In this document: one piece after another, positions 18,302 to 28,134 of the stretch
Layout of the letters: every line of letters starts with the position of its first letter
How positions within the stretch are numbered: the first letter of the stretch is position 1
IMG/VR virus record: IMGVR_UViG_2751185825_000001
Strand: one strand, 5' to 3'
DNA from: a virus
DNA length: 64,000 nt
Notes under the pieces: model-generated
Database searches by the model: none
What the model was told of the DNA's origin: nothing
Seen by the model: the letters and a program-made list of their open reading frames with translations, nothing else
Program-made: the position numbers and the translations under genes

Positions 18302-19597
18302 ATGTACGCCCTGGTCGATGGGAACAATTTCTATGTGAGCTGCGAGCGTGTGTTCAGGCCTGCGCTGCAGGGGCGGCCTGTGGTCGTGTTGTCGAACAAT
18401 GACGGCTGCGCTGTGGCCCGGTCGAACGAAGCCAAAGCCCTGGGCATTGCGATGGGCGCGCCCTGGTTCCAGATCCGGCACCTGGCTGAGTCTGCTGGGC
18501 TGGTTGGACTGTCTGCGAATTTCCCGCTTTACGGCGACATGAGCGACCGCATGATGAGCCTCGCGGCGGGACTGGGACCTACTCAGGAAATCTACAGCAT
18601 CGATGAGTCGTTCATCGGCCTGGACGGCGTGAGAGGCGATCTGGTCAAGCGTGGCCATGCCATCCGCTCACGCATTCTGACTTGGCTGGGCATCCCGACT
18701 TGTGTAGGCATTGCCCAGACAAAGACACTTGCCAAGCTGGCCAACCACATCTCCAAGACCGCCGAGCGCAAACCCGGTAGCTACCCGGCTGAACTGGCGC
18801 AGGTTTGCAATTTCGCAGCACTGCCGGCGTCCGATCTGGATGCCATCCTGGCGGCCACCCCAGTGGGCGAGGTGTGGGGCGTGGGCCGGCGCATCGGCAA
18901 GCAGCTCAACGATGCTGGCATATCGACTGTGCTGGACTTGGCCCGGATGGACCCTGTTGTCGCCCGCATGCGCTGGAGTGTGGTGCTCGAGCGCACTGTC
19001 CGGGAGCTACAGGGCCAGTCCTGCATTGATCTGGACGATGCACCAGCCCCCAAAAAAATGATCGCCTGCACCCGGTCATTTGGAAGACCCGTGCGGGATT
19101 TCGTCCCCCTGTCTGAAGCCGTCACCGAATTCGCAGGCCGTGCCGCTGAGAAGCTGCGGAAGCAGGGTGGGGTCGCAGGCATGCTGCAGGTATTCGCACA
19201 CACCAGCCCCCACCGGCCGGGGCCAAGGTTCGCGCGGGCCATGGTCGTGCCGCTTCGTCGGCCTACGTCCGACACGCACCTGCTCGCACAAGCCGCGGTG
19301 CTTGGGCTGCGTCAGATCTATGAGCCTGGATACGACCTCATCAAGGCTGGTGTCATCCTGATGGATCTGACCAATAGCGCGGCCGAGCAGCTCGAGCTGT
19401 CGCTAGACGACCCAGGCCCGGACCGCTCAAGGCTCATGGGCGCTCTTGATGCGCTCAATGTCCGCTATGGCAAGGGTGCAGTGCACCTGGCCGCGACTGG
19501 CGCGACTAAGGCCAAGCGTGAATGGGGCATGCGGCAGGAGCGCAAGACGCCACAATACACGACGGTTCTGGCCGACATCCCGATTGCCAGGGCGTGA
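18302..19597 (+). CDS. umuC: Y-family DNA polymerase V catalytic subunit
   Basis: [25 protein letters not shown]-terminal [14 protein letters not shown]. Confidence 0.95.
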   Translation: MYALVDGNNFYVSCERVFRPALQGRPVVVLSNNDGCAVARSNEAKALGIAMGAPWFQIRHLAESAGLVGLSANFPLYGDMSDRMMSLAAGLGPTQEIYSIDESFIGLDGVRGDLVKRGHAIRSRILTWLGIPTCVGIAQTKTLAKLANHISKTAERKPGSYPAELAQVCNFAALPASDLDAILAATPVGEVWGVGRRIGKQLNDAGISTVLDLARMDPVVARMRWSVVLERTVRELQGQSCIDLDDAPAPKKMIACTRSFGRPVRDFVPLSEAVTEFAGRAAEKLRKQGGVAGMLQVFAHTSPHRPGPRFARAMVVPLRRPTSDTHLLAQAAVLGLRQIYEPGYDLIKAGVILMDLTNSAAEQLELSLDDPGPDRSRLMGALDALNVRYGKGAVHLAATGATKAKREWGMRQERKTPQYTTVLADIPIARA

Positions 19598-19598
19598 C

Positions 19599-20183
19599 TC
19601 AGTTGCCGTTGGCCACATCTCGACCCTTGTCGGTGAGGGAGTAAATGGTGACCTCCGCATAGGTTTCCCCGTCGGCGTCGTGCATATCGAATACACCATC
19701 GACCAGACCCTCACGTATGAGTGGCACGACCACCTCGCTGCCTTCTTGGTACTCCAATAGGACAGTTGGGTAGGTACGGGCGGCAAGGGCTCGGAGTACA
19801 CCCAAGCGACCAGTCTCTACGGGCAAGGGATCTGGCACTTCAGCCATCTTGAGCACAGCACGTACCCATGACTCACCACCCAGGTCATTGAGCTTGTACT
19901 CCTCATCTTCGTCTAGAGGCATGGCCAGCATCACAAGCGGACCCATGTAGTCGGCCTTCATGTCTGGAAACCAAGGCACTTCATTCAGGCTCTGGCCAGG
20001 ATGGCAGGTTTTTGCCTGAATGACGGTGTTCTGCTCCAAGTCCACGATGTGGGCCCAGTCGCCCTCCGTCAGGATGGAATGCTGAAGGGCATAGAGCGAA
20101 GGACTTGAGGACACCCAGTCGTGCCAGCCGCCGCGCTTTTGATTGCTGTAGCCGTAGAAGAGGGCATAGCGGTCTTGGGGCAT
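19599..20183 (-). CDS. Hypothetical protein
   Basis: GAGGA RBS; MPQDRYALFYG; divergent from SRAP. Confidence 0.6.
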   Translation of the reverse strand: MPQDRYALFYGYSNQKRGGWHDWVSSSPSLYALQHSILTEGDWAHIVDLEQNTVIQAKTCHPGQSLNEVPWFPDMKADYMGPLVMLAMPLDEDEEYKLNDLGGESWVRAVLKMAEVPDPLPVETGRLGVLRALAARTYPTVLLEYQEGSEVVVPLIREGLVDGVFDMHDADGETYAEVTIYSLTDKGRDVANGN

Positions 20184-20209
20184 GTCTTTCCTCACTGTAG
20201 AGTGTGCCG

Positions 20210-20866
20210 ATGTGTAATCGATACATAGCACCCAGCGACCAGGATATCCAGCAGTACTGGCGCGTCAATGGGGCGGTCAGTTCAAGCGCAACCGGCGTGT
20301 TTCCACGGTCGCCCGGACCATTCATCCGGCGAGCAATCGAAGATGCCAGCTACAGCAGGGAACTCGTCGTTGGACAGTGGGGGCTCATTCCATGGTTCGC
20401 GAAAGAGCGAAAGCTGAAGTACAGCACCAACAACGCACGCAGTGAAGAACTGCTGAGCAAGGCCAGCTACAAAGATCCGTGGCGCCGTGGCCAGCGTTGC
20501 ATCATCCCCGCCACTTCTTTCGATGAGCCGAATTGGGAGACGGGGAAGAACGTGTGGTGGACGTTCCAGCGAGCTGATGGCGACCCATGGGGGCTCGCAG
20601 GCCTGTGGAACCGCTGGCACGACCCGGAAACGGATGAGATGGTCGAGAGCTACACGATGCTGACGATCAACGCCGATGCGCACCCGCTCATGTCGCGCAT
20701 GCACAAGCCAGACCCTAAGCTGGGGCCGGATCAGCAGGACAAGCGAAGCGTGATCCCGATTGAGTTGTCCGACGTGGATCTGTGGCTGTCGGGGACCGTC
20801 GCAGAGGCCTCGGAGCTGCTCCGTCTGGCGCCAGTCGAAGTGTTCGATGCGAGGCCAACGGCATGA
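20210..20866 (+). CDS. SOS response-associated peptidase (SRAP/YedK/HMCES family)
   Basis: N-terminal MCNRY, WGLIP, NARSE, RCIIPA motifs. Confidence 0.9.
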   Translation: MCNRYIAPSDQDIQQYWRVNGAVSSSATGVFPRSPGPFIRRAIEDASYSRELVVGQWGLIPWFAKERKLKYSTNNARSEELLSKASYKDPWRRGQRCIIPATSFDEPNWETGKNVWWTFQRADGDPWGLAGLWNRWHDPETDEMVESYTMLTINADAHPLMSRMHKPDPKLGPDQQDKRSVIPIELSDVDLWLSGTVAEASELLRLAPVEVFDARPTA

Positions 20867-21369
20867 GCTTTGTTGGAATCGCGTTGTGCCTGGTCGTGGG
20901 CATCTCGGACGGAGACACGCTCACGGCTCGTTGTGGTGAGCCGGGTCAGTACGAGCAGGTAAAGGTGCGACTGGCCGGAATCGATGCGCCAGAACGAAAG
21001 CAACCGTTCGGCCAGCGGGCACGTCAGGCACTCAGCGACACGGCTTACATGAAAGAAGCAGAGCTGCGCTGTACCAAGGTGGATCGATACAAACGATCCA
21101 TCTGCACAGTGTGGGTCGCCCCAGCATCATCTCCAGAAGGCCCGAAAACACTGGATGCTGGGCTGAACCTGATCACACTTGGCCTGGCGTGGTGGTATCG
21201 AGACTACGCAAAAGAGCAAAGTCCGCAGGAACGCGGCCAGTACGAATTCGCTGAGACGGAAGCGCGTGCGAAGAAGGCTGGGCTTTGGTCGCAGCTAGGA
21301 ACGGCTGAGGAGCCGGTGGCGCCGTGGGAGTGGCGGAAAAGTCGTCGGCAAAACGCGGGGCCCAGATGA
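20863..21369 (+). CDS. Thermonuclease (SNase family)
   Basis: DGDT, VRLAGIDAPE, DRYKR, GLW. Confidence 0.9.
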   Translation: MSFVGIALCLVVGISDGDTLTARCGEPGQYEQVKVRLAGIDAPERKQPFGQRARQALSDTAYMKEAELRCTKVDRYKRSICTVWVAPASSPEGPKTLDAGLNLITLGLAWWYRDYAKEQSPQERGQYEFAETEARAKKAGLWSQLGTAEEPVAPWEWRKSRRQNAGPR

Positions 21370-21439
21370 TGTGCGCGAAATGTTCGAACTTTTGCGTAAC
21401 ACTGCACTCTGCGCAGTAGCGCACAGGCTACACTAGCGC

Positions 21440-21742
21440 ATGGTCGTTGAGCAGACGGAAGAGTTCAAGCGTTGGTTGCAAAGCATCAAAGACGTCCCCA
21501 CAAAAGCTAGGTTGCTTGCACGACTTCGAAAGGTCACGCTGGGGAGCCTCGGAGATCACAAGCGACTCAGTGAAGATGTTTGGGAGCTTCGAGAGTACTT
21601 CGGCCCAGGTTGGCGGATGTACTACACAGAGAAGGATGGCAGGATCATCCTCATGCTCGGAGGGGGAGACAAAAAATCTCAGAGCAAGGACATTGCTGCT
21701 GCTGAGCAATTGGCAAAGGAGCTGAAAGATGGTCAAGACTAA
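21440..21742 (+). CDS. Type II TA toxin, RelE/HigB-like addiction module killer
   Basis: GDHKRL...VWELREYFGPGWRMYY...LGGGDKKSQSKDI. Confidence 0.9.
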   Translation: MVVEQTEEFKRWLQSIKDVPTKARLLARLRKVTLGSLGDHKRLSEDVWELREYFGPGWRMYYTEKDGRIILMLGGGDKKSQSKDIAAAEQLAKELKDGQD

Positions 21743-22112
21743 ACCGTTCGACGCTGCCGAGTTTTTAACGAATGACGCAGAGATGCTGGCTTACATTCAA
21801 GCCGCGCTGGAAGACGGTGACCCGCTGCTTGTTGCAGCGGCATTGGGTGATGTGGCAAGAGCACGAGGAATGGCTGATCTTGCAAGGAAAACTGGACTTT
21901 CGAGAGAAAGTCTCTATAAGGGGCTATCAGGAGAATCTGCTCCTACTACAACGACGTTTTTCAAGGTGGTTGAAGCATTCGGCTTGCGTCTTGACATTCG
22001 GGCCAAAGATTCCAGCCCACCGCGAAAGCCGTTCACTCGAAAAACAGTACAGGCTAAACCAAAGAAAACAACACTTAGGCCGCATTCAAGAACGGTCGGT
22101 GCCCATGCATGA
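21729..22112 (+). CDS. Addiction module antidote, HTH antitoxin
   Basis: FDAAEFL...ALGDVARARGMADLARKTGLSRESLYK. Confidence 0.9.
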   Translation: MVKTKPFDAAEFLTNDAEMLAYIQAALEDGDPLLVAAALGDVARARGMADLARKTGLSRESLYKGLSGESAPTTTTFFKVVEAFGLRLDIRAKDSSPPRKPFTRKTVQAKPKKTTLRPHSRTVGAHA

Positions 22113-22139
22113 ACAGAAGCCCGCCTCGAGCGGGCTTTT

Positions 22140-22385
22140 TCACGACTTCGGAGCGAAGAAGGAAATGATTGTCACCACAGCTGCGAGGAATGCTACTGGT
22201 GGGACTACAAGCCGCGCAAGACCCGAAAACAGAAGAACACGTTTCTTCCTCTTCAGCCAAGCCTTGGCCTGAAGCGTTTGATCTGGCCCGAACGCCAATC
22301 CATCAATGCGAGACTCAACGTACTCTAAGCCATGCTTGGCGAATATTTTGTCTAGCGTCTGTTCAAAAGGCGGGGTCTTGCGCAT
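22140..22385 (-). CDS. Small membrane protein
   Basis: C-terminal hydrophobic helix. Confidence 0.45.
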   Translation of the reverse strand: MRKTPPFEQTLDKIFAKHGLEYVESRIDGLAFGPDQTLQAKAWLKRKKRVLLFSGLARLVVPPVAFLAAVVTIISFFAPKS

Positions 22386-22625
22386 TGGTTAGATCTAGCT
22401 CTGCTTCCCTGGAGGCCACTCCAGAGGTGACACGGTGAGGGAACTGACGCCAGGGAGTAGATTGAGATAGTGTTGCTCTTCCGCCGGGCGAACCAAGGAA
22501 ACCTCTGTAGCTTCGCTCGGGCATTAGGCCGAGATTCTTGCCAATTTGGGAAAAGAGCAAATGCGGATCTCGGTTGGTGTTGGCAACGCTTCTCACGATC
22601 TGAACAACTTTGAGGCGCTTGATGG

Positions 22626-23651
22626 TTAGTCACCATCAGGGCACCAAGGTCTCGCCAAAAGCAACGCCATGAAGGATTTGCTTCTAGCAGTCTTACCAGA
22701 TGGAAGACACAAAGCCTTTAAAAGCGACTCGCAATCCGTCAGAGCGTTATGGGGCGTGGGCCGCTCAACCCCCATTGCTAGACATATCGCATCCAAACTG
22801 CGTTTGCCAACTCGTTCATCCCACCTGTTGCGCAAAGTTAGCATTGAGCACGCCCATGGTAGCCCGTCTGAGTCCAAAAGAGCATGCCGCAACATCCTGC
22901 GGTCAAACTTCGCATTGTGCGCCACTACTATCCCCGCAGACCTGAGCATCTTCTCCATATGCAGGCTGTCAAATACATGTCCTCTAACATCTTCAAAAGT
23001 TAGTCCATGCACTAATTGAGCGCCCTCGGATATAACCACATTTGGCTCTCGCTTTCCATAGTACTTATCAACCACGCGAACTAGAGATCCTTTGGGCATT
23101 CTGATCTCTGCCAGCAAGATGGCGCACGTGATAGGCTCATCATGTGACTGCAATCCGGTTGTCTCGGTGTCAACAATTGCCACAAGTGTACATCCATCAT
23201 CTGGATAATACTTTGGCAAATTTTGCATCCACAGTTTCCAGGCCGTATCTTTTGCGTCCCCTACATCGAAATCTGAATCGAAATCAAACCAATAATTTTC
23301 GTTCAATATCCATAGTAATGAATCGCAAAAACCGACCAATTGCATTCCGGTATCATGCTTTTGCTCTTGAGAGAGGGTGTCAAATTCTTGAGAATATAAG
23401 ACATTTATTTTATGCAAAAGATCATCAATTTTTCTGATCGATTGGCACTGTTCATCGCTTGCCTTTGCAAGCTCTGATTTCTTTATTTTTACTACCTTAA
23501 AGCCATCAGATAATTCAGAAATGGATTTGCCAATCCCTACATCCTTTGCGGATGCATTTGAGATTTGTCCCTTGTTGGGGTTATTATTTTTATTCTTGAT
23601 GTAAATGCATAGAACTGCCAATGTTATCAAGGCAACGATAACAATTAACAT
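22626..23651 (-). CDS. Membrane-anchored DEDDh 3'-5' exonuclease (DnaQ-like), AT-rich
   Basis: N-terminal TM; DTETTGL, AHNAKFD, HNALTD motifs. Confidence 0.85.
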   Translation of the reverse strand: MLIVIVALITLAVLCIYIKNKNNNPNKGQISNASAKDVGIGKSISELSDGFKVVKIKKSELAKASDEQCQSIRKIDDLLHKINVLYSQEFDTLSQEQKHDTGMQLVGFCDSLLWILNENYWFDFDSDFDVGDAKDTAWKLWMQNLPKYYPDDGCTLVAIVDTETTGLQSHDEPITCAILLAEIRMPKGSLVRVVDKYYGKREPNVVISEGAQLVHGLTFEDVRGHVFDSLHMEKMLRSAGIVVAHNAKFDRRMLRHALLDSDGLPWACSMLTLRNRWDERVGKRSLDAICLAMGVERPTPHNALTDCESLLKALCLPSGKTARSKSFMALLLARPWCPDGD

Positions 23652-23682
23652 TTTGTTATTTGTCTCTTAAGTTCTCAACCGC

Positions 23683-24216
23683 TCAGTGCGCTTTCGAACT
23701 GGTCTTCTTTGTAGGCCTATCGGTTGTGGTGACCACGGCGGGTGGCGGCGGAACGTTTGCCCATGGGTTTGCCTGTGATTTGCTAGGCATGACAACGTTG
23801 TGAAGGCGATTGGTTAGCGCCACAACTTCATCTTTCATTTCTAGGTTCAGGTCTCTAAACATCAACACCAATTGAGCTTCGATCTTGCTCAGCTGAGTGA
23901 TGTCAAGCGATTCAGATTCTGGTTGAACGCTTGCAGCCTTCGCGACGTTACCGGCCTCAGCAGCCATTGCCGGGCTGAAGTCTTCTATTTGACAGCCGAA
24001 GAACTGGCTGAATTTGACAGCAGCTGCCAGATTGATCGGGATCTTCCCATTCACATATTGATTGAATGCACTCTGCCCGAAGCCAAGCTCAGCAGCAGCA
24101 TGCTCCTGCCCAGATGGCTTTCCCGCGCGCTTTCGCTCCGCTTTCCAGGCCAAGAAGATCGCCTTCAGGCGCTGGGCGTCTTCCTTTTGTTCTTGACTGA
24201 GAGGTAGGGCGGGCAT
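23683..24216 (-). CDS. cI: CI-like repressor without S24 peptidase domain
   Basis: Lambda-CI-like N-terminus (LSQEQKEDAQRLKAIF...GQSAFNQYVNG); divergent from cro. Confidence 0.85.
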   Translation of the reverse strand: MPALPLSQEQKEDAQRLKAIFLAWKAERKRAGKPSGQEHAAAELGFGQSAFNQYVNGKIPINLAAAVKFSQFFGCQIEDFSPAMAAEAGNVAKAASVQPESESLDITQLSKIEAQLVLMFRDLNLEMKDEVVALTNRLHNVVMPSKSQANPWANVPPPPAVVTTTDRPTKKTSSKAH

Positions 24217-24222
24217 GTCTTG

Positions 24223-24292
24223 AGGCTATTAGTGCGGCTGCTCAAATGCAAACAGTCAGACTGTTGACATGAAAATTAGTCGGACCGATAAT
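24223..24292. promoter_or_regulatory. OR region with pRM and pR
   Basis: pR TTGACA-N17-GATAAT; pRM TTGCAT-N17-TAGCCT; operators at 24228-24242, 24251-24265 (AACAGTCAGACTGTT), 24275-24289. Confidence 0.85.
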
Positions 24293-24298
24293 GAGTCC

Positions 24299-24568
24299 AT
24301 GCACAACCTCAAGCCCATCCGTGAAGCACTCGGAGTCACCCAACAGGTGATGGCCGCAGGCATTGGCTGTACACAAGGAAACATCGGTCACTACGAACGT
24401 GGACAGACCCTTCCACCCGAGATGGCCAAGCGTGTCATTGAGTTCGCTGGGTCGCTGGGCCTTGTCATTGGCTACGACCACATCTATGGCAGCAAGCAAC
24501 CCAAGCTTCGCCGTCGCAAGTCCGTGGAGGCCCAGAGCAGGGCTGACACCCCCACCAACCAAACCTAA
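24299..24568 (+). CDS. cro: Cro-like HTH regulator
   Basis: IREALGVTQQVMAAGIGCTQGNIGHYERG. Confidence 0.85.
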   Translation: MHNLKPIREALGVTQQVMAAGIGCTQGNIGHYERGQTLPPEMAKRVIEFAGSLGLVIGYDHIYGSKQPKLRRRKSVEAQSRADTPTNQT

Positions 24569-24595
24569 CAAAACACACCCGAGGAAGGGAACCAC

Positions 24596-24829
24596 ATGTA
24601 CGCCGACCCCAAACGCATCCGCCGTAACCGCGTGCCGGTCTATCTCGATAGCTACACCTACGAGCGCCTGGCCCGCCTGGTCGAAATGACGGGCGGCGAA
24701 ACATCCGTTGTGAGCCGGGGTGCCCTGGAACGCGGGCTTGATTTGCTGGAGTCCGAATTGCATGGCTCACAGTCTGCCGCCCACGTCAGCGCAAAGCGAG
24801 ACGTACATGCAGCCCATGTTGGCGTCTGA
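24596..24829 (+). CDS. CII-position regulator
   Basis: MYADPKRIR; follows cro. Confidence 0.6.
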   Translation: MYADPKRIRRNRVPVYLDSYTYERLARLVEMTGGETSVVSRGALERGLDLLESELHGSQSAAHVSAKRDVHAAHVGV

Positions 24830-24852
24830 CAAATCACTTTTGAGGCACCCAC

Positions 24853-25041
24853 ATGGCAGCAACACCACCTCAAGGCTGGCCCCACGTCAGCGAGCCGACT
24901 GATCGGCAATTGAAGCGGGCGCAGCGTATTGCGTCCAAAACAGGCAAGACGGTCGAGCAAGTGCTGGCAGCAGCAATCGCGCGTGGTGCATCCGCGCAGA
25001 TGACCGAGCTGCTGACCCAAGGCGCACGCAAGACGCATTGA
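24853..25041 (+). CDS. Hypothetical phage protein
   Basis: GAGG RBS. Confidence 0.5.
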   Translation: MAATPPQGWPHVSEPTDRQLKRAQRIASKTGKTVEQVLAAAIARGASAQMTELLTQGARKTH

Positions 25042-25071
25042 CTTTTTAAAGCACTCAAAAAGCCCACCGCC

Positions 25072-25347
25072 ATGCACACCCTTGTCCGAGCCTCTGACCC
25101 CATCACCTCAATCCGTGCCGCCGAATCAACACCCCGGTTCGCCCCTTGCCACTGCGAGCGAATTCTGGCTGCACTGCATGCGCGTGGACCTGCCACGGCC
25201 CACGAACTGCAAGAGCTGACAGGCCTAACCGTGGTCCGGCTTGACCGGCGCCTTCCTGAGCTGAAGCGTGATGGCAAGGCCCAGGTCCAGACCCTTAATG
25301 GTGAACCTGTGAAGCGCGGTGGCGCACGCGTGTGGGAGGCATTGTGA
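25072..25347 (+). CDS. Winged-helix protein
   Basis: GPATAHELQELTGL...RRLPEL. Confidence 0.7.
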   Translation: MHTLVRASDPITSIRAAESTPRFAPCHCERILAALHARGPATAHELQELTGLTVVRLDRRLPELKRDGKAQVQTLNGEPVKRGGARVWEAL

Positions 25348-25513
25348 TCGACAAAGAAAAACGCCTGCGGTCGTTGGCGCGACGTGCAGGCGATTTGATG
25401 GTGCAAGCCTACTGCGGCGGCAACCGCACAAGGGCTTACTTCTTTTTGCGAAAGATGAATGCAATTCTAATGCAAGCACAGATCATGTCAAACCAGCCGC
25501 GTGGAGGTGTGTG

Positions 25514-26389
25514 ATGCGCGACTACGGGAAAGTACACACACAGTTTTGGACGAGCGAAACCGTGCGGGACTTGTCTGAAGACGGGCGAACTCTTGCCTTG
25601 TACCTCTTGACCTGCCCGCACGGGACCATTGCAGGCGTGTTCCGTTTGCCTGATGGCTATGCCTGCGAGGACTTGCAATGGTCTTCGGAAAGGGTTCAAC
25701 AAGGGTTTGTGGAACTGTTCGCGAAGGGTTTCGCCAAGCGTTGTGCCAAGACGAAATGGGTGTGGGTTGTGAAGCATCTCGAGTGGAACCCACCTGAGAA
25801 CCCCAACCAACGCAAGGCGGCGTCCAAAGTTGTGACTCAAGTGCCTGAACAGTGCGCTTGGCTGGCCGATTTCCAAAGGGTTTGCGTCGAGCATCTTGGT
25901 TCTTCGGCAAAGCGGGAAAAGAGCAGTTCCGGAACCCTTTCCGAACCCTTTCTTAACCAGGAACAGGAACAGGAAGAAAGAGCTAACGCTCTTTTGTCAT
26001 CGGCTGAGGCCGACGACGAAGTGCGGCACGACGAGGAATCGACATCTCTGCCTTCCTGTCCGCATCGCGAAATCCTGGCCCTGTTCGCTGAACGCCTGCC
26101 CGAGTTGCCGCAACCCCGACTGGAGCTGTGGACTGGAACGCGGGCGCAAGCCCTGGCCGCGCGGTGGAAGTGGGTCATGACGGCAAAGAAGGCTGGCGGT
26201 GCCCGATACGCGACGACCAAGGCCGAAGCGATTGACTTCTTCGACCGCCTGTTCGCCTATGTCGCTGAGTGCCCGCACCTTGTTGGCAAAAACGGCAGGC
26301 AATGGACGGCCGATCTGGCGTGGCTGTGCAAGGCCGAGAACTTCGCCAAGGTGCTTCAGGGCAACTACGAAATCCGGGAGGCTGCATGA
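25514..26389 (+). CDS. Replication initiator (O-like) with internal iterons
   Basis: MRDYGKVHTQFW; repeated AAGGGTT/AACCCTT; C-terminal WTADLAWL...NFAKVLQGNY. Confidence 0.8.
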   Translation: MRDYGKVHTQFWTSETVRDLSEDGRTLALYLLTCPHGTIAGVFRLPDGYACEDLQWSSERVQQGFVELFAKGFAKRCAKTKWVWVVKHLEWNPPENPNQRKAASKVVTQVPEQCAWLADFQRVCVEHLGSSAKREKSSSGTLSEPFLNQEQEQEERANALLSSAEADDEVRHDEESTSLPSCPHREILALFAERLPELPQPRLELWTGTRAQALAARWKWVMTAKKAGGARYATTKAEAIDFFDRLFAYVAECPHLVGKNGRQWTADLAWLCKAENFAKVLQGNYEIREAA

Positions 26390-27765
26390 ACGCCGCTGAC
26401 GATTTCCTGCTGGGTCAGCAGCCTGCTTCGATCGCCGCCCGTGAGGCCGAATTCGGTGTTGTTGGCGCGCTGCTGAACAGCAATGGCCTGTTTGACCTGG
26501 TTGATAGGCTTCGCCCTGAGCACTTCGCGGATGAGAAGCTCCGCGCCGTCTTTGCCGAGCTGAATAGCCAACTGGCAAAAGGTCTGGCCTGTGATGTGGT
26601 GACGATCTTCGAGGCGGGCGCCGGCAAATTTGATTTGGTATACCTGACCGAGTTGAGCCAGCAGTTCACGCCGAGCGCAGGGACGCTGCTCCGCTATGTC
26701 GAGCTGATCGTGGATGCGTACCAAGCTCGTCGTCTTTCTGACGCCAGCGGCCAGATTTACGACCTGGCGCATGACACCAGCCGGCCCATCAGTGATCGGA
26801 TCGTTGAAGCGCAGGAGCATCTGGCGCGGCTTGAGGTTGATGCTGGCGAGGATGACGAGTGGAGCGAAATCCACGAGGGCCTGGTGGCGCACTCAGCTTT
26901 GCTCGAGCAGCGCCAGGACGGCAAAGTGCAGGGATGGGGAACGGGCCTGAGCGATCTGGACCGACTGCTGAATGGTGGCCTTCGTCCGGGCGCGTTGGTG
27001 ATCGTGGCAGGTCGTCCTTCCATGGGCAAAACAGCGTTGGCCCTGTCGATGGCCATGCACCTGTCCATCGAGCACCCAACGTCCATGTTCTCGTTGGAGA
27101 TGCCGCTCACGGAATTGCGTGATCGCCAAACTGCCATCTTGGGCCGCATGGCTCTGGATGAAGTGATCCAGCCAAAGCGTGACACGTCATTCGACAAGGT
27201 GCTTGAGGCTGTCGAGGCAGCACGGCTGCGAAAGTTCTGTGCAACAGACAAGCCAGGGCTGACCATCCAGCAAATCCGATCGCGTGCCAGGAAGCACAAG
27301 CGTAGCCGAGGCCTGGACATTTTGGTGGTGGACTACATCGGCCTGATGGGTTCGACAAATAGCAAGGAAACCCGCAACCAGCAGCTAGGTGAGATTTCCC
27401 GCGGCTTGAAAGCGATGGCCAAGGAGCTGGACTGCGTGGTGCTGTGCCTGGCGCAACTGAACCGCGCAGTGGAGCAACGTGGCGCTGGGTCGCGCCCGTT
27501 GATGTCCGACCTTCGTGACTCGGGCGAGATTGAGCAGGACGCGGACGTAATCCTTTTCGTGCACCGCGAGGAGCGCGCAAATCCCAAGGCTGGCCCGCAG
27601 TGGAAGGGCCATGCAGAGCTGATCGTGGCCAAGAACCGCCAAGGCCGATGCGGGACCGTGCATGCGGCCTACATCGGTGACCAGACCCGCTTTGACGGCT
27701 GGTACGGCGAACCGCCCAGCAATGGCGCGGCAGCACCCATCAAGAAACGAGGAGGCTTTGAATGA
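26386..27765 (+). CDS. dnaB: Replicative DNA helicase
   Basis: GRPSMGKT, VVDYIGL, LAQLNR, SDLRDSGEIEQDAD, KNRQG. Confidence 0.95.
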   Translation: MNAADDFLLGQQPASIAAREAEFGVVGALLNSNGLFDLVDRLRPEHFADEKLRAVFAELNSQLAKGLACDVVTIFEAGAGKFDLVYLTELSQQFTPSAGTLLRYVELIVDAYQARRLSDASGQIYDLAHDTSRPISDRIVEAQEHLARLEVDAGEDDEWSEIHEGLVAHSALLEQRQDGKVQGWGTGLSDLDRLLNGGLRPGALVIVAGRPSMGKTALALSMAMHLSIEHPTSMFSLEMPLTELRDRQTAILGRMALDEVIQPKRDTSFDKVLEAVEAARLRKFCATDKPGLTIQQIRSRARKHKRSRGLDILVVDYIGLMGSTNSKETRNQQLGEISRGLKAMAKELDCVVLCLAQLNRAVEQRGAGSRPLMSDLRDSGEIEQDADVILFVHREERANPKAGPQWKGHAELIVAKNRQGRCGTVHAAYIGDQTRFDGWYGEPPSNGAAAPIKKRGGFE

Positions 27766-27977
27766 ACCTGTCTGATGCAGCACCCGAATTCCTCGCCAAT
27801 CTCGGCGCGCTCAGCGACTTCGCCAACCCCATCCGCATGCCCTCTGGCCGACGTGCCCGGCCCGAGCGGTTCATGAAGGATCGGACGGTGTTGATGCGCT
27901 ACGAGGACGGCGAACGTGAGCTGGTGACAGTCACCGACAGGTTCCTTCAGCACATCGTCTTGATGGAGGCCCTGTGA
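27762..27977 (+). CDS. Hypothetical phage protein
   Basis: ATGA overlap. Confidence 0.55.
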   Translation: MNLSDAAPEFLANLGALSDFANPIRMPSGRRARPERFMKDRTVLMRYEDGERELVTVTDRFLQHIVLMEAL

Positions 27978-28134
27978 AGCGCTGCAAGGCCTGCGGCCAT
28001 GACAAGGCCGAGAGCGAGTTCTACACGCCACATCGCTTCCGATGCATCGAATGCACGCTGGGAGGAAGGCGGGTGGTGCGGCAGCAGGCGGATCTGCAAC
28101 TACCTAACCGAGTTTTGAGATTGAGGGACGCGAG

